Below, piece after piece: positions 62,729-64,000 of a stretch of 64,000 nt of DNA (its first letter is position 1; the number at the start of each line of letters is the position of its first letter). Where the stretch lies: NCBI RefSeq assembly GCF_018977255.1, contig NW_024704742.1:52702001-52766000 (forward strand), given 5' to 3'. The notes below the pieces were generated by a model that did not search any database, had not been told where the DNA came from, and worked only from the letters and a program-made list of their open reading frames with translations. The stretch is from Callorhinchus milii. Taxonomy: Eukaryota. The position numbers and the translations under genes are program-made.

Positions 62729-64000
62729 GTAATATTAGCACTTATACATAGTAGCATGTTGTTCCCATTATCTATTATTTGTGAATATATATTTGACAAG
62801 CTGCAAGAAATTTAATTTTAATTTACTTTGATGAGTCGAGAGCAAGTAAAGAATGGGCATGGTTATTTTCTCAATACACTAAAATTAATCTTTAAAGGGA
62901 CTCCAATAATTATAAAACAAGGTTGAATAGTTAAATAATTAAACTAAGTTTAAACACTACAATAAACCAATTCGTTCATAAACAATCACCTGGTTTGTAA
63001 GCACAATGATTGCTGCTTTAAGTCTGCATGGACTTGTGATATTTCACATTTTACTTTTGCTGTTTATGTATGTGCTCATTGCTTAATTTCTGATCTTCTC
63101 GAACTGATGGGTTTGCAGAATTTAGCTTGAAAGAGTGATTACTTCCGTTTGTCTGAAGAATTCTAGAAGATGGTCTCGGCTTCTCAACCTTGTATCATCT
63201 AACTAAATGAAATACGTTTTATACTAATTTGAAATAAGGAGCAATTTTTATTATCTCTTTTGCATGCATGATACTTTCCACTAATTCAGTGCCAATTAGT
63301 GGGATGATAGCTTCTCTCAATTGAAGTTAAGTCACTAGCTCAAAAAAAAATTGGTCACCAATCCACAACTCTTTGTGGGACCCTGTTGTGCACAATTGGC
63401 AATACATTACAATACATTCACTTTACAATATATTCTGTGAAGTGCTTTGAGATGTCTTAACAATGTGATAATCCTTGCATTTGATAAGGATTATTATTAG
63501 TAGTAACTAGCATGAGCCACTGTGGGCTTGCAGTTCTCCCAATTCACAAGAATTCTGTCTGTCCAGTGTCTTAGGACGTCCTCCCGAAAGGCGCTATACA
63601 AATGTAATTTTGTTGTTGTTGTTGCGGTTGCCTTGAGTAATCTTTGTGCTCAACAATTTGCTCACTATTCAATAAAGAGAAGGGAGTTTCTCCCAGTGTC
63701 CTGGATAACAATCCCTCCAAATAAAATTGGTTACTCCCTTCATGGCTATTTATGGGATATTGCTGCGTGCAAATTGGCTGCCATGTATCCTTTTGAATCA
63801 TTTTGAAATGTCCTCACAATGTTTATATCAAATGCAAGAATCTTTTATTATTATTATTTTGACAATGTTGGGATGTGGTATTTACCAGACGCTGACAGTC
63901 AGGGATTTGGGCTCGAGCTGGGTGTTGGGATCAGGAGGGGTGGAAGGCAGGGAGGGCAGGGGAAAGGAGGATGACAGAAGACACAGTCGAAGAGGAGAGT

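Overview
AT-rich vertebrate genomic DNA. The L2/CR1 LINEs, Deu-domain SINEs and tRNA-headed L2-tailed SINEs suggest a cartilaginous fish, probably a chimaera; this is inference, not a lookup. The main content is almost invisible in the ORF track. It is a complete 16-coding-exon minus-strand gene (56773 to 16319, 1563 nt, 520 aa) rebuilt by hand from phase-compatible GT-AG exons. It encodes a CNBD2/CRIS-like protein with one canonical cyclic-nucleotide-binding domain and one degenerate domain split by an insertion. Head-to-head with it is the first coding exon (62602-62728, +) of an EXOC1/EXOC1L-family (Sec3 N-terminal) gene. A weak candidate 5' end of a third gene lies at about 6.9-8.3 kb. The introns contain several unusual elements: a U2-snRNA-headed ~570-bp retroelement, a 142-bp-arm foldback fused to an L2 5' junction, a 1.4-mer tandem repeat with a hammerhead-like core, a short ETS-site hairpin, a candidate poison exon and inverted young SINEs flanking coding exon 2. 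Repeat boundaries are approximate (about 10-20 bp). Family names come from remembered sequence similarity, not from searches.
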